Virus record (IMG/VR): IMGVR_UViG_3300007231_000006
Source of the DNA: an uncultured virus (IMG/VR IMGVR_UViG_3300007231_000006)
Taxonomy: Duplodnaviria > Heunggongvirae > Uroviricota > Caudoviricetes
Direction: 5' to 3' (one strand)
DNA length: 64,000 nucleotides
The notes beneath the pieces are model-generated. The model had not been told where the DNA came from and did no database searches. It worked only from the letters and a program-made list of their open reading frames with translations. Numbering within the stretch: the first letter of the stretch is position 1; the number at the start of each line of letters is the position of its first letter. The translations under genes and the position numbers were made by a program. Below are positions 1 through 7,439 of the stretch, one piece after another.

Positions 1-13
1 ACTGGCCAGCAAC

Positions 14-45
14 ACAAAGGAAATACGAACCATAACGGATAATAA
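14..45 (+). promoter_or_regulatory. Early promoter-like motif, copy 1 (ACA-N4-AAAYACGA-N9-GATAATAA)
   Basis: ACAAAGGAAATACGAACCATAACGGATAATAA; ATG at 50. Confidence 0.75.
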
Positions 46-49
46 AGAT

Positions 50-181
50 ATGAATAACAACATCCAACTACTGATGAGATCACCACTCGTCTCGCTGATC
101 AAGCATTTCCTTTGGTGTATGGTATATGTGGCAGTATTGCTAACATTCCTCGCGGCAGCGTGTCATCTTCACGATATGTAA
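50..181 (+). CDS. Small hydrophobic (single TM) early peptide, 43 aa
   Basis: Manual translation MNNNIQLLMRSPLVSLIKHFLWCMVYVAVLLTFLAAACHLHDM, directly after motif copy 1; below ORF-track cutoff. Confidence 0.55.
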   Translation: MNNNIQLLMRSPLVSLIKHFLWCMVYVAVLLTFLAAACHLHDM

Positions 182-278
182 GTCAAGTAACTTTCAACTT
201 AAAATGAAAGTACACTTTGAGAGAGTGCGGAGTAACTCTTCTAAATAATACTCAACTAAACAAGTGTGCTACTTTTGC

Positions 279-310
279 ACAACATAAATACGAAACCCAA
301 TAGATAATAA
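279..310 (+). promoter_or_regulatory. Early promoter-like motif, copy 2
   Basis: ACAACATAAATACGAAACCCAATAGATAATAA upstream of ORF 337. Confidence 0.75.
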
Positions 311-336
311 GTCTATAACAATTTAAATCTTTTACA

Positions 337-567
337 ATGTCAAATGTAATCCAATCAAAGCGCTTTGTCGTGCGCCAATCACTAATCGGCAAGAATCAAG
401 TTATCGAGGTAACTTTCAAGAGTGGCAACACTGTAACTTATAACCACGATGTCGCTTTCGAGATCATGAAAGATAAGCTAGAAACTCTGCCATGCTGGTT
501 AAAGTTCAAAAGCTACACTGCTAGCGGCAATATTCCAAAAGTGTTGCGCGACCAAAAGTTAGTGTAA
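337..567 (+). CDS. Hypothetical early protein
   Basis: 76 aa ORF, A/T-rich start context, downstream of motif. Confidence 0.75.
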   Translation: MSNVIQSKRFVVRQSLIGKNQVIEVTFKSGNTVTYNHDVAFEIMKDKLETLPCWLKFKSYTASGNIPKVLRDQKLV

Positions 568-642
568 CCACTCTTCTTAACTGCAGTCGGTGTTGAGCAA
601 TCGCCTTAACGACTATAAATAATATGAGCATGCGATTAACAT

Positions 643-776
643 ACACCTCCTCATGGGAGAGGCGTGTGAATGATTAAAAGGGTAAAACGCAGTAAGGTTG
701 TTTCTCTGCAGACAGCAGCCTGACCTGCAGCCGGTTTTAACGTCACGCGACGAAGGTTCGACTCCTTCGGGGTGTA
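643..776 (+). ncRNA. tRNA-like RNA with acceptor stem, T-arm and long hairpin replacing the anticodon arm (resembles tmRNA tRNA-like domain)
   Basis: ACACCTC(643-649)/GGGGTGT(769-775); GAC-GAAGG-TTCGACT-CCTTC; nested internal helices. Confidence 0.6.
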
Positions 777-778
777 CT

Positions 779-955
779 ATGGATATAAGTTTAATAATAC
801 TAGCTCTTGAAACTCTGCAAGAGCAAGTCAGTGACGCGATGTCAGTTGACGAACAAGCAGAAGACAGAGATAGATTTAACCGCATCAAGCGCGAGATCGA
901 GCTATTTAAAGCAGAGCAAATCATTGCTATGTTCACAAACAAAACACGAGAGTAA
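779..955 (+). CDS. Hypothetical early protein (start reassigned to ATG 779)
   Basis: MDISLIILALETLQEQ...; the upstream part of the track ORF overlaps the ncRNA. Confidence 0.6.
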   Translation: MDISLIILALETLQEQVSDAMSVDEQAEDRDRFNRIKREIELFKAEQIIAMFTNKTRE

Positions 956-966
956 GCAGATAATAA
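935..966 (+). promoter_or_regulatory. Early promoter-like motif, copy 3
   Basis: ACAAACAAAACACGAGAGTAAGCAGATAATAA; ATG at 971. Confidence 0.75.
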
Positions 967-970
967 AGAT

Positions 971-1246
971 ATGAAACAAAGTAATGAATTTAAGACAAAC
1001 TTCTGGTGCGGCGTAACAGCAGAGTACAAGAAGCAAAGCGATGGCTGGTGGTCAGTACACTGCCGCGATGCAAATGGTGGCAACGAAGGCCGATGGTTCA
1101 AGCATCTTACCGAATGCGAAGAGTTCACGGCAGAGTTCAAGCTGCCTGAGAATATCGCTAAACGTAAGCGTTCGCTTGACTTATTCAGCAATTACGTTAT
1201 GTCTTCAACTCGTAACTATAAAGGATATCGTGATGGCCTTGACTAA
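971..1246 (+). CDS. Hypothetical early protein
   Basis: 91 aa ORF immediately after motif. Confidence 0.7.
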   Translation: MKQSNEFKTNFWCGVTAEYKKQSDGWWSVHCRDANGGNEGRWFKHLTECEEFTAEFKLPENIAKRKRSLDLFSNYVMSSTRNYKGYRDGLD

Positions 1247-1379
1247 ACAACAGCAGCAAATCAGGTGTCAAATAGTATTAGACGACTTGTTAATGGTTGA
1301 GTTCGACGACTTCATGTACGGACTCGACAAGAAAAACGGCCTTATGCCATCACATGAATATAACACTAAAGTAAAGTAA
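1233..1379 (+). CDS. Hypothetical protein (start reassigned to ATG 1233)
   Basis: MALTKQQQQIRCQIVLDDLL..., fits operon tiling. Confidence 0.5.
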   Translation: MALTKQQQQIRCQIVLDDLLMVEFDDFMYGLDKKNGLMPSHEYNTKVK

Positions 1380-1380
1380 T

Positions 1381-1626
1381 ATGACACAAGATAAAGAGTG
1401 GTATTTAGTCCACGATCTCGCAGCAGCGATTAACAAAGGCAATAAAATGGCGTGCTTACGCATTAACGGAGGTAAAGACTCGACTAACTTCACAGGTTTT
1501 GACATCCAAGTGAAAATGCCTATCGCTGGAACGTGGAACTGCGCTTACGATGCTGCTAAGTACTTACTAAACGACGTGCGATCTAGCTTCAGCACGACTA
1601 CTATTGAATACTCATCTTCTTGGTAG
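1381..1626 (+). CDS. Hypothetical protein
   Basis: 81 aa ORF tiling with neighbours. Confidence 0.65.
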   Translation: MTQDKEWYLVHDLAAAINKGNKMACLRINGGKDSTNFTGFDIQVKMPIAGTWNCAYDAAKYLLNDVRSSFSTTTIEYSSSW

Positions 1627-1629
1627 ATT

Positions 1630-1661
1630 ACAAAATAAACACGATAACTAACAGATAATAA
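1630..1661 (+). promoter_or_regulatory. Early promoter-like motif, copy 4
   Basis: ACAAAATAAACACGATAACTAACAGATAATAA; ATG at 1666. Confidence 0.75.
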
Positions 1662-1665
1662 AGAC

Positions 1666-1761
1666 ATGAAACAATTCTTCTACAACAACGCAGTGCCATT
1701 CGTGCTGCTCACGCACACTACTTTCGTAGTAACAGTATGCATAACCGCTATAACACAGTAA
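1666..1761 (+). CDS. Small hydrophobic peptide, 31 aa
   Basis: Manual translation MKQFFYNNAVPFVLLTHTTFVVTVCITAITQ directly after motif. Confidence 0.5.
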   Translation: MKQFFYNNAVPFVLLTHTTFVVTVCITAITQ

Positions 1762-1765
1762 TAAT

Positions 1766-1915
1766 ATGGACTATAAAACAATGTTCGATCTTGCCATGGA
1801 GCAAAACGATTACCTTCTCAACGAACTAGAGTATAGCGAGGTAAAAGTAGAAAGTTTAGAAAGACAAATCAGAGAGTCACGCGACTTTCAAGAAGCACTC
1901 ACATCTCTACTATGA
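1766..1915 (+). CDS. Small coiled-coil protein, 49 aa
   Basis: MDYKTMFDLAMEQNDYLLNELEYSEVKVESLERQIRESRDFQEALTSLL; ATGA overlap with next ORF. Confidence 0.6.
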   Translation: MDYKTMFDLAMEQNDYLLNELEYSEVKVESLERQIRESRDFQEALTSLL

Positions 1916-2154
1916 CTAATATCACAAACGAGCAGCATGAATTGCCAGGCGACGTCAAGTGGTACTACGTAACACTGTTAGATTTTACTACAGGCGACGT
2001 ATTTCACTACAAAATCACGGAAGATCAAGTAATGCTAACCGACACCGATGGCGTAAGACACGCGCTCGACCAAATCCACCGACAAAACCACAGGTATGAG
2101 TTTATGCTACACGAGCAACCTCATCCTACTTACACAGAAATACTACAACTATGA
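1912..2154 (+). CDS. Hypothetical protein
   Basis: ATGA-coupled ORF. Confidence 0.7.
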   Translation: MTNITNEQHELPGDVKWYYVTLLDFTTGDVFHYKITEDQVMLTDTDGVRHALDQIHRQNHRYEFMLHEQPHPTYTEILQL

Positions 2155-2741
2155 ATGATTATCAAAGACAAGCAATGCGTTATCGGTGCGAGCCCGTGCA
2201 AAAAAATGCAATACGAGATGTATACGCAAAAGCACACGAAGGCCTATCGTGGACAAACAACGCTGAAAACACTTCTCAAGCTATCTACAGCATGCGAAAC
2301 GGTAACTCTATCATCTTAAAGCATTTCCTACAAGATCTAGGTTGGCAAGATATATCTACAAATGCACAGGTTAAAAACGGTACAACCGTCTTTGCTGTAG
2401 GCACGCCAAATTACGAAGGCTGTAGAATGCGCCAAGTTAAAATCGCTAGCTACAACAGTGGTTATATCCGCAAGTTTGTAGGCTATAGCGGCGCACACTA
2501 TCAGCTAAACAAGACTTTTCTTCAAAACCACCTTATCTGGTCAAGCTGGTCTAAAAAATACTACAATCAAACTCGAAGTGTGCGTATTCTAATACCAGCT
2601 GAAGTCGATCGACTTATTGCATTGCTTAACCACGTTGTCAACGAGTTGTACAATCAAGATACTGCTCGACAGACAGTTCAAGCCTTCAAAGACTTGCTTA
2701 ATGACGAATATGGCGTTTCTCGCCGCAAAACCAACGTATAA
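2151..2741 (+). CDS. Hypothetical protein
   Basis: 196 aa, ATGA/TAATG coupling. Confidence 0.75.
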   Translation: MNDYQRQAMRYRCEPVQKNAIRDVYAKAHEGLSWTNNAENTSQAIYSMRNGNSIILKHFLQDLGWQDISTNAQVKNGTTVFAVGTPNYEGCRMRQVKIASYNSGYIRKFVGYSGAHYQLNKTFLQNHLIWSSWSKKYYNQTRSVRILIPAEVDRLIALLNHVVNELYNQDTARQTVQAFKDLLNDEYGVSRRKTNV

Positions 2742-3034
2742 TGGCTAAAATAAACAAACAAATAGCGTTTAATAACTCCTTAAAGGAGCTCGCTGAAGAA
2801 GCTGCCGTAGAAATATACCATGAAGCGTATGATCTCGTTAGTGACAAAATGTACGAAGAAGCTATATTAGACAGGGAAGCGTTTGAAGTTGCACCGTTTG
2901 AAAAATATGAAGTCGAAGCGTTTCCTGTAGAAGGCAATAAAGTTTTTGCAACTGCTATAGATGATTTTGTTAGACACTTAGCTAATGAGTTACACTCTAT
3001 ACGTTTAGAAAACAATACCCAGCATTACGGCTAA
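2741..3034 (+). CDS. Hypothetical acidic protein
   Basis: 97 aa, TAATG coupling. Confidence 0.7.
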   Translation: MAKINKQIAFNNSLKELAEEAAVEIYHEAYDLVSDKMYEEAILDREAFEVAPFEKYEVEAFPVEGNKVFATAIDDFVRHLANELHSIRLENNTQHYG

Positions 3035-3039
3035 GAAAC

Positions 3040-3071
3040 ACAAAATAAACACGAACTAACACAGATAATAA
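3040..3071 (+). promoter_or_regulatory. Early promoter-like motif, copy 5
   Basis: ACAAAATAAACACGAACTAACACAGATAATAA; ATG at 3076. Confidence 0.75.
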
Positions 3072-3075
3072 TATT

Positions 3076-3285
3076 ATGAAATGCAAATGTAACACCCTAA
3101 TTCCAGAAGGCAGGTTAAAACTAGGCTATAAAGTCTGTGTTAACTGTTCGACTGTTGAGCGATATGGCTGCGCGCCATTAATAAACCACAAAACTGGTAA
3201 CTCTATTCAGATCATGTCACGTGGCGATGCAGCTCGCATTGCTAAAATGACACGGCGAAAAGGTTACGGAACAATGCTACGATGA
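3076..3285 (+). CDS. DksA/TraR-like C4 zinc-finger protein
   Basis: CxC...IPEGRL...CVNC resembles the CxxC..IPxxRL..CxxC finger. Confidence 0.55.
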   Translation: MKCKCNTLIPEGRLKLGYKVCVNCSTVERYGCAPLINHKTGNSIQIMSRGDAARIAKMTRRKGYGTMLR

Positions 3286-3452
3286 AGGACGCGCGTAAAT
3301 ACAGCCTTAAACCAGACTTTTTACCTAGAGAGTTCGATACCATAGAAGATTTAGTGCAATATGTGCTAGATCATGGTGTCGACCCAAGCTACGAGATCAC
3401 GCACGGAGGTGTAGATACAGGTGAAAAAGCAATAGACTTCATAGTGTGCTAA
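3282..3452 (+). CDS. Hypothetical protein, 56 aa
   Basis: Manual translation MKDARKYSLKPDFLPREFDTIEDLVQYVLDHGVDPSYEI...; ATGA overlap. Confidence 0.6.
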   Translation: MKDARKYSLKPDFLPREFDTIEDLVQYVLDHGVDPSYEITHGGVDTGEKAIDFIVC

Positions 3453-3455
3453 GTC

Positions 3456-3487
3456 ACAAAACAAACACGATCACTAATAGATAATAA
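3456..3487 (+). promoter_or_regulatory. Early promoter-like motif, copy 6
   Basis: ACAAAACAAACACGATCACTAATAGATAATAA upstream of ORF 3505. Confidence 0.75.
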
Positions 3488-3504
3488 TAATACAAACAAA
3501 CAAA

Positions 3505-3912
3505 ATGGAAATGCCATCACAAAACGAAACACCTAGTGAAGTCTACGACACTTGGATAAGAGAGCTAACAGCAGCAAAACAAAAGCTAACAGATGAACTT
3601 TATTCAGTAACAGCTGAAATTAGCGCCGCAGAGCAAGAAAAACAAAAAGCACTCAAACTTAGCGTTCCTGAAAGCTTAGTAGAGCATATTGCAGAGCAGG
3701 TGCAAGCTTCAGTTGACGCGTTTTTTGACGCCGCGCAAGACGAGCCTGATATGTTCGATATTGAGCTGTCGATGGGTTACGATAACAAGGTAGAAATATG
3801 CAATATAGATCTGTCATCTCTTAACATACCTGTTGAAGACTTTGTCGTAGCGGCTTTTGAAGACGAGTGTGTAATCACAACTCCTGCTGATGCCAGTGCT
3901 CTCAAAAGTTGA
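3505..3912 (+). CDS. Hypothetical acidic coiled-coil protein
   Basis: 135 aa ORF after motif. Confidence 0.75.
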   Translation: MEMPSQNETPSEVYDTWIRELTAAKQKLTDELYSVTAEISAAEQEKQKALKLSVPESLVEHIAEQVQASVDAFFDAAQDEPDMFDIELSMGYDNKVEICNIDLSSLNIPVEDFVVAAFEDECVITTPADASALKS

Positions 3913-3971
3913 ACTATGGTTCAATAAGAACTTTGGCTGGTTCTTTAAAAACGGAAATAAATAACGCGACG

Positions 3972-4164
3972 GCGTAAGGTGTACTTATGAAGGGCTAATC
4001 CTGCAAAGGTGAAATACAGCGCTGTAGTATACAACGGGCGTGGGTGTATGTACGACACCGTGATGTCACATGTAAGTACGACACAGGTAGCTCCTGTATT
4101 GCAGACACACGTTACGCACTGGCTTTGATTTATGGTCGCATAAATAGTGAGGTCAGTGCTTTTT
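3972..4164 (+). ncRNA. Putative structured ncRNA with pseudoknot and terminal hairpin/U-tract
   Basis: Several complementary segments in an ORF-free + strand gap (see findings). Confidence 0.45.
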
Positions 4165-4166
4165 AT

Positions 4167-4240
4167 AACCCTGTAGCTCAACTGGATAGAGCATCGCCCT
4201 TCTAAGGCGACGGTTAAGAGTTCGAATCTCTTCAGGGTTA
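4167..4240 (+). tRNA. tRNA-Arg (anticodon UCU)
   Basis: AACCCTG/CAGGGTT acceptor; GCTC/GAGC D-stem with TGG; TCGCC-CT-TCT-AA-GGCGA; AAGAG-TTCGAAT-CTCTT; CCA not encoded. Confidence 0.93.
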
Positions 4241-4245
4241 CACAT

Positions 4246-4322
4246 AGACAAGTATCTCCTCAAGCTTATACCTTGTAGAAAGAGTAGCTGGTCACACGTG
4301 GGTTCAAGTCCCACCTTGTCTA
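4246..4322 (+). tRNA. Atypical tRNA-Ile(UAU)-like RNA lacking a canonical D-arm position
   Basis: AGACAAG/CTTGTCT acceptor; CAAG-CTTATAC-CTTG anticodon arm; GTGGG-TTCAAGT-CCCAC T-arm; D-loop-like AGCTGG lies 3' of the anticodon arm. Confidence 0.65.
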
Positions 4323-4353
4323 CAAAACAAATACGATAACTAACAGATAATAA
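4322..4353 (+). promoter_or_regulatory. Early promoter-like motif, copy 7
   Basis: ACAAAACAAATACGATAACTAACAGATAATAA upstream of ORF 4363. Confidence 0.75.
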
Positions 4354-4362
4354 TAATAAAAA

Positions 4363-4728
4363 ATGGCATTAACATGGGACGTAACAGGTGTAGAAAACGC
4401 CTGGTCAAAAACAGAAAAACCAGAAGGCAACGAGATTCAGTTCTTTCAAATACCCTTCTACGAAGAAGACGGTCAGCGCTATGAGATGAACGAGATGCTT
4501 CATTACGCGCTAATGTCTACTATGACAGTAGGTATTGCCGAGATCACGAATAAAAACTATACCAAGTTTTACAACCGTGTAATCCACTTAAACCAAGTGC
4601 GGTGCGTTGAAACTCACGCGTCTATCACGTTAGAGGCTATAAAAAAATGCATCGGCTTGAAAACCAACGCTGAAACCATGACAAAATCTCAATTTGTCAA
4701 GAGAAGCACTAAATTCTTAGATCTTTAA
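4363..4728 (+). CDS. Hypothetical protein
   Basis: 121 aa ORF after motif. Confidence 0.75.
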   Translation: MALTWDVTGVENAWSKTEKPEGNEIQFFQIPFYEEDGQRYEMNEMLHYALMSTMTVGIAEITNKNYTKFYNRVIHLNQVRCVETHASITLEAIKKCIGLKTNAETMTKSQFVKRSTKFLDL

Positions 4729-4895
4729 TGAAAAAAGTAAAATTTCTAGAGCGTCATCTTTATGCGCCCGAACTAAACAAGCTATGGTATAATGATAATA
4801 CTTATAAAAAAGTACCTCAATGCACGACTATCGAAGAAGCAGAGAACCACGCAAGACTCGAAACCGCTATTAACCGCACAGACAAATACTTCTAA
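4728..4895 (+). CDS. Hypothetical protein, 55 aa
   Basis: TAATG coupling; MKKVKFLERHLYAPELNKLWYNDNTY... Confidence 0.5.
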   Translation: MKKVKFLERHLYAPELNKLWYNDNTYKKVPQCTTIEEAENHARLETAINRTDKYF

Positions 4896-5008
4896 TGGAA
4901 TAAAAATAAAAACAACCGTAACTGTAAACCCAGCTAAAAACTTTAACGAGTGGGCTCAAGGTATACACGCGCAGATCGACAAGAACTACAAAAACAAAAT
5001 TAACAATA

Positions 5009-5179
5009 ATGGAAAATAATCAAAAATACAAAGCGTACGAGCGAGTACGCGTGTCAGGCGTTACTAATATGTTTGACGTACGTACAGTAGGAATGCTATC
5101 GGGGTTAAGCCGAGAAGACATACTGGACGTTATGCACAACTACAGCGAATACAGAACCCTATATGAAGTAAACAAATGA
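5009..5179 (+). CDS. Small protein with RxSGxTNMFD motif (DUF5049-like)
   Basis: MENNQKYKAYERVRVSGVTNMFDVRTV...; ATGA overlap with 5176. Confidence 0.6.
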   Translation: MENNQKYKAYERVRVSGVTNMFDVRTVGMLSGLSREDILDVMHNYSEYRTLYEVNK

Positions 5180-5445
5180 GTAAAAAAGAACAAAACCTAC
5201 CTAGCTGGTTTGATGGCACGATCTACGACGAAGGTGCTACCGTCCGCAACCCTTTCTCAGGCGAAGAGTTTGAGCTTAACAGCCGAGAATTAAGCATGTA
5301 CGACCTTGTCAAAGGTATAGAAATAACTATAGTAAGTATGTTTGTTAGCGGACCTGCTTACAACAAGCTAATAAAAACTCAACGCAAAGGCTTGGACTGG
5401 TTCAGGCAAAACGCACCTGAGGCTTACATGGCTCTACTAGACTAA
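5176..5445 (+). CDS. Hypothetical phage protein
   Basis: 89 aa ORF ending EAYMALLD. Confidence 0.75.
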   Translation: MSKKEQNLPSWFDGTIYDEGATVRNPFSGEEFELNSRELSMYDLVKGIEITIVSMFVSGPAYNKLIKTQRKGLDWFRQNAPEAYMALLD

Positions 5446-5526
5446 TGTGGGCCTTAGTAGGAGTTCTAACCTTCGTGGTTGTAGAACAAATAATAGAAAG
5501 CAAAAGAAAATTTAAAGAATAAAAAC

Positions 5527-6018
5527 ATGAGCATCAGGAAAAAAGTATTGATAAGGTTTGCCGACAGGCGCGCGGCTGTGGCTTTTAATTTTCATCCACA
5601 GAACTTCTTCTTAGAGGTTGAGTTAAACACGACAGATTGTCTAGAGTCTGTTCGCCAGAGAGTTGCCAGCGTGGCAACAGACAAGGCTTGGAGAGAGAAA
5701 AACATGGGCACTTTTGTCACTGAAAGCGTTATTGGGCTTAGCTTTAATATAGGTTTTCCTAATGATAGAATAAGAATAACAGGTAGATCAACCGCGGCAG
5801 GGGAAATCGACAAAGCTTTTGGCTGTGATGAAGTTGTATACGTCTGGTTTAAAGACACAACAGAGTTTATTAAAGACGGCTTAGATGCCAAGTTCGCCCG
5901 ATGGGATTGGTTGCAAAGCAATAATATACCTTGGATAAGCTGTTTTAACGGCCAGCACGGCCAGCGCTGCACAGTTGTTTCATCAGCTGTAAAGCTTTCA
6001 CCTGTAATGTACTTGTAA
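5527..6018 (+). CDS. Hypothetical protein
   Basis: 163 aa ORF. Confidence 0.65.
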   Translation: MSIRKKVLIRFADRRAAVAFNFHPQNFFLEVELNTTDCLESVRQRVASVATDKAWREKNMGTFVTESVIGLSFNIGFPNDRIRITGRSTAAGEIDKAFGCDEVVYVWFKDTTEFIKDGLDAKFARWDWLQSNNIPWISCFNGQHGQRCTVVSSAVKLSPVMYL

Positions 6019-6019
6019 C

Positions 6020-6051
6020 ACATAATAAATACGAATAACCATGGATAATAA
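6020..6051 (+). promoter_or_regulatory. Early promoter-like motif, copy 8
   Basis: ACATAATAAATACGAATAACCATGGATAATAA; overlaps ATG of ORF 6041, upstream of ligase. Confidence 0.65.
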
Positions 6052-6346
6052 AGATGACGATCTTGAAAGAGAACAAGACATTGAAGATCTGGCCAACAGA
6101 ATAGTAGGTAAGATAATGAAGATAAAAGCGTTAAGTGGCAAAGAATCGCAATACGCGTCGACTGAAGATCCGTTAGAAATGCTCGTACCTAACGTACCTA
6201 GGCTGTACAAGATGTATGGCGAGCTAGCAAAGCTTATGACTTTTCTAGGTTTGTTTGAAGAAGACGAAGAGTATGAAAAATGCGCTGAAATAAAAGAAAG
6301 AATAATGATGATAAATAAAATACTAGAGAAATATGATGAGATATAA
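6041..6346 (+). CDS. Hypothetical protein with UVR (UvrB/C)-like C-terminal motif
   Basis: EEDEEYEKCAEIKERI. Confidence 0.55.
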   Translation: MDNKDDDLEREQDIEDLANRIVGKIMKIKALSGKESQYASTEDPLEMLVPNVPRLYKMYGELAKLMTFLGLFEEDEEYEKCAEIKERIMMINKILEKYDEI

Positions 6347-7235
6347 ACCAATGCTAGCGCATAAGTTTGACAAAAAAAAAGTTGACTGGAAATCACGAAC
6401 AACGTTTATGCAACCAAAACTAGATGGCGTGCGTTGTTTAATACAGTATGATAAAGATAAAAAAGCTGTAACTGCTTACTCTAGAACAGGTAAGCCATGG
6501 CTAAACATAGACCACATTTTACAAGATCTTGAACCAATGTTCAAAGGTTTACCAGACGTTGTTCTCGACGGCGAGCTTTACAACCACGAGTTAAAGAACG
6601 ACTTCGAAAAAATCATATCGCTTGTAAGAAAGAAAAAACCAAAACCCGAAGACAGAGAAGAGTCTAAGCAACTAGTACAGTTTCACTGCTACGACGTTAT
6701 CGAAGGCGATCCTACTCACGAATTAAACGCTAGGTTTGACGCGCGTAACACTTTTCTAAATATAATAGTAAAACCAAGCCAGTGCGTTCGCATTGTAGAA
6801 ACAATCAACCTATACCAAAGTCAAAGCTCTTGGCAAATTCACGTAGAATACGGTAATCCCAGAGCGCTTGCGTTGCATAAAAAGTGGCTAAAGCAAGGCT
6901 ACGAAGGTTCTATACTGCGCTTAAACGGCGTATACGAACAAAAGCGATCACACAGCTTGCAGAAGTTCAAAGACTTCCATGACACCGAAGCAGAAATCGT
7001 CGGTTGGGTTGAAGGCAAAGGCAAACGCGTAGGCACTGTCGGTAAGTTCTTAGCCCGTGATTCTGAAGGCATTGAATTTGGTATGCCTGTCATGGAAAAC
7101 TTTAGCTACCTACAGTCTAACTTCAAAGAAATGCAAGGCTGGATCGGCAAGACCGCTACTTTCACTTACTTCGAACGTACTAAAGCAAACAGCTACAGAC
7201 ACCCACTATTTAAATGCATCCGCGACTATGAATAA
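6333..7235 (+). CDS. ATP-dependent DNA ligase
   Basis: KPMLA, QPKLDGVR (motif I), LDGELY, YEGSILR, LQKFK; OB-fold C-terminus RHP. Confidence 0.93.
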   Translation: MMRYKPMLAHKFDKKKVDWKSRTTFMQPKLDGVRCLIQYDKDKKAVTAYSRTGKPWLNIDHILQDLEPMFKGLPDVVLDGELYNHELKNDFEKIISLVRKKKPKPEDREESKQLVQFHCYDVIEGDPTHELNARFDARNTFLNIIVKPSQCVRIVETINLYQSQSSWQIHVEYGNPRALALHKKWLKQGYEGSILRLNGVYEQKRSHSLQKFKDFHDTEAEIVGWVEGKGKRVGTVGKFLARDSEGIEFGMPVMENFSYLQSNFKEMQGWIGKTATFTYFERTKANSYRHPLFKCIRDYE

Positions 7236-7380
7236 TAAACTACACGACTGTGCCATGCTGCTAGAAAATGCAGGCTTTTGGCTAAAAACAACACATAATA
7301 AACCTAAAGACTTACATTTCTTAATAAAAGAAATAGAAACCTTATACCAAGAATACATAAATGAGACGACTAATATATGA
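7228..7380 (+). CDS. Hypothetical protein (start reassigned to ATG 7228)
   Basis: MNNKLHDCAMLLENAGFW... Confidence 0.45.
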   Translation: MNNKLHDCAMLLENAGFWLKTTHNKPKDLHFLIKEIETLYQEYINETTNI

Positions 7381-7439
7381 CATGTACTACGCCGACGAGA
7401 TCAGCGTGGAAATAGCAGAACGATTACTAGATAAACTAA

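Noticed and set aside
613..1191. 192-aa minus-strand ORF and other antisense track ORFs (e.g. 5592-6023, 9212-9625, 35457-36248, 46539-46892)
   Set aside because: Shadows of well-tiled genes on the opposite strand with no recognisable motifs.
3972..4164. Group I intron or RNase P RNA
   Set aside because: No R/S core elements or GAGGAAAGUC motif, and no interrupted gene.
3945..4181. 78-aa minus-strand ORF over the ncRNA candidate
   Set aside because: Opposes all neighbouring genes, overlaps the tRNA and has no protein-like features.
4792..5019. 75-aa ORF as given in the track
   Set aside because: Its 5' half overlaps the better-coupled ORF 4728-4895; the 3' half may be a small gene but has no in-frame ATG, so it was left uncalled.
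14..6051. Early repeats as a CRISPR array
   Set aside because: Spacing is irregular (about 0.3-1.7 kb), the middle is degenerate, intervals hold ORFs, and no cas genes are present.
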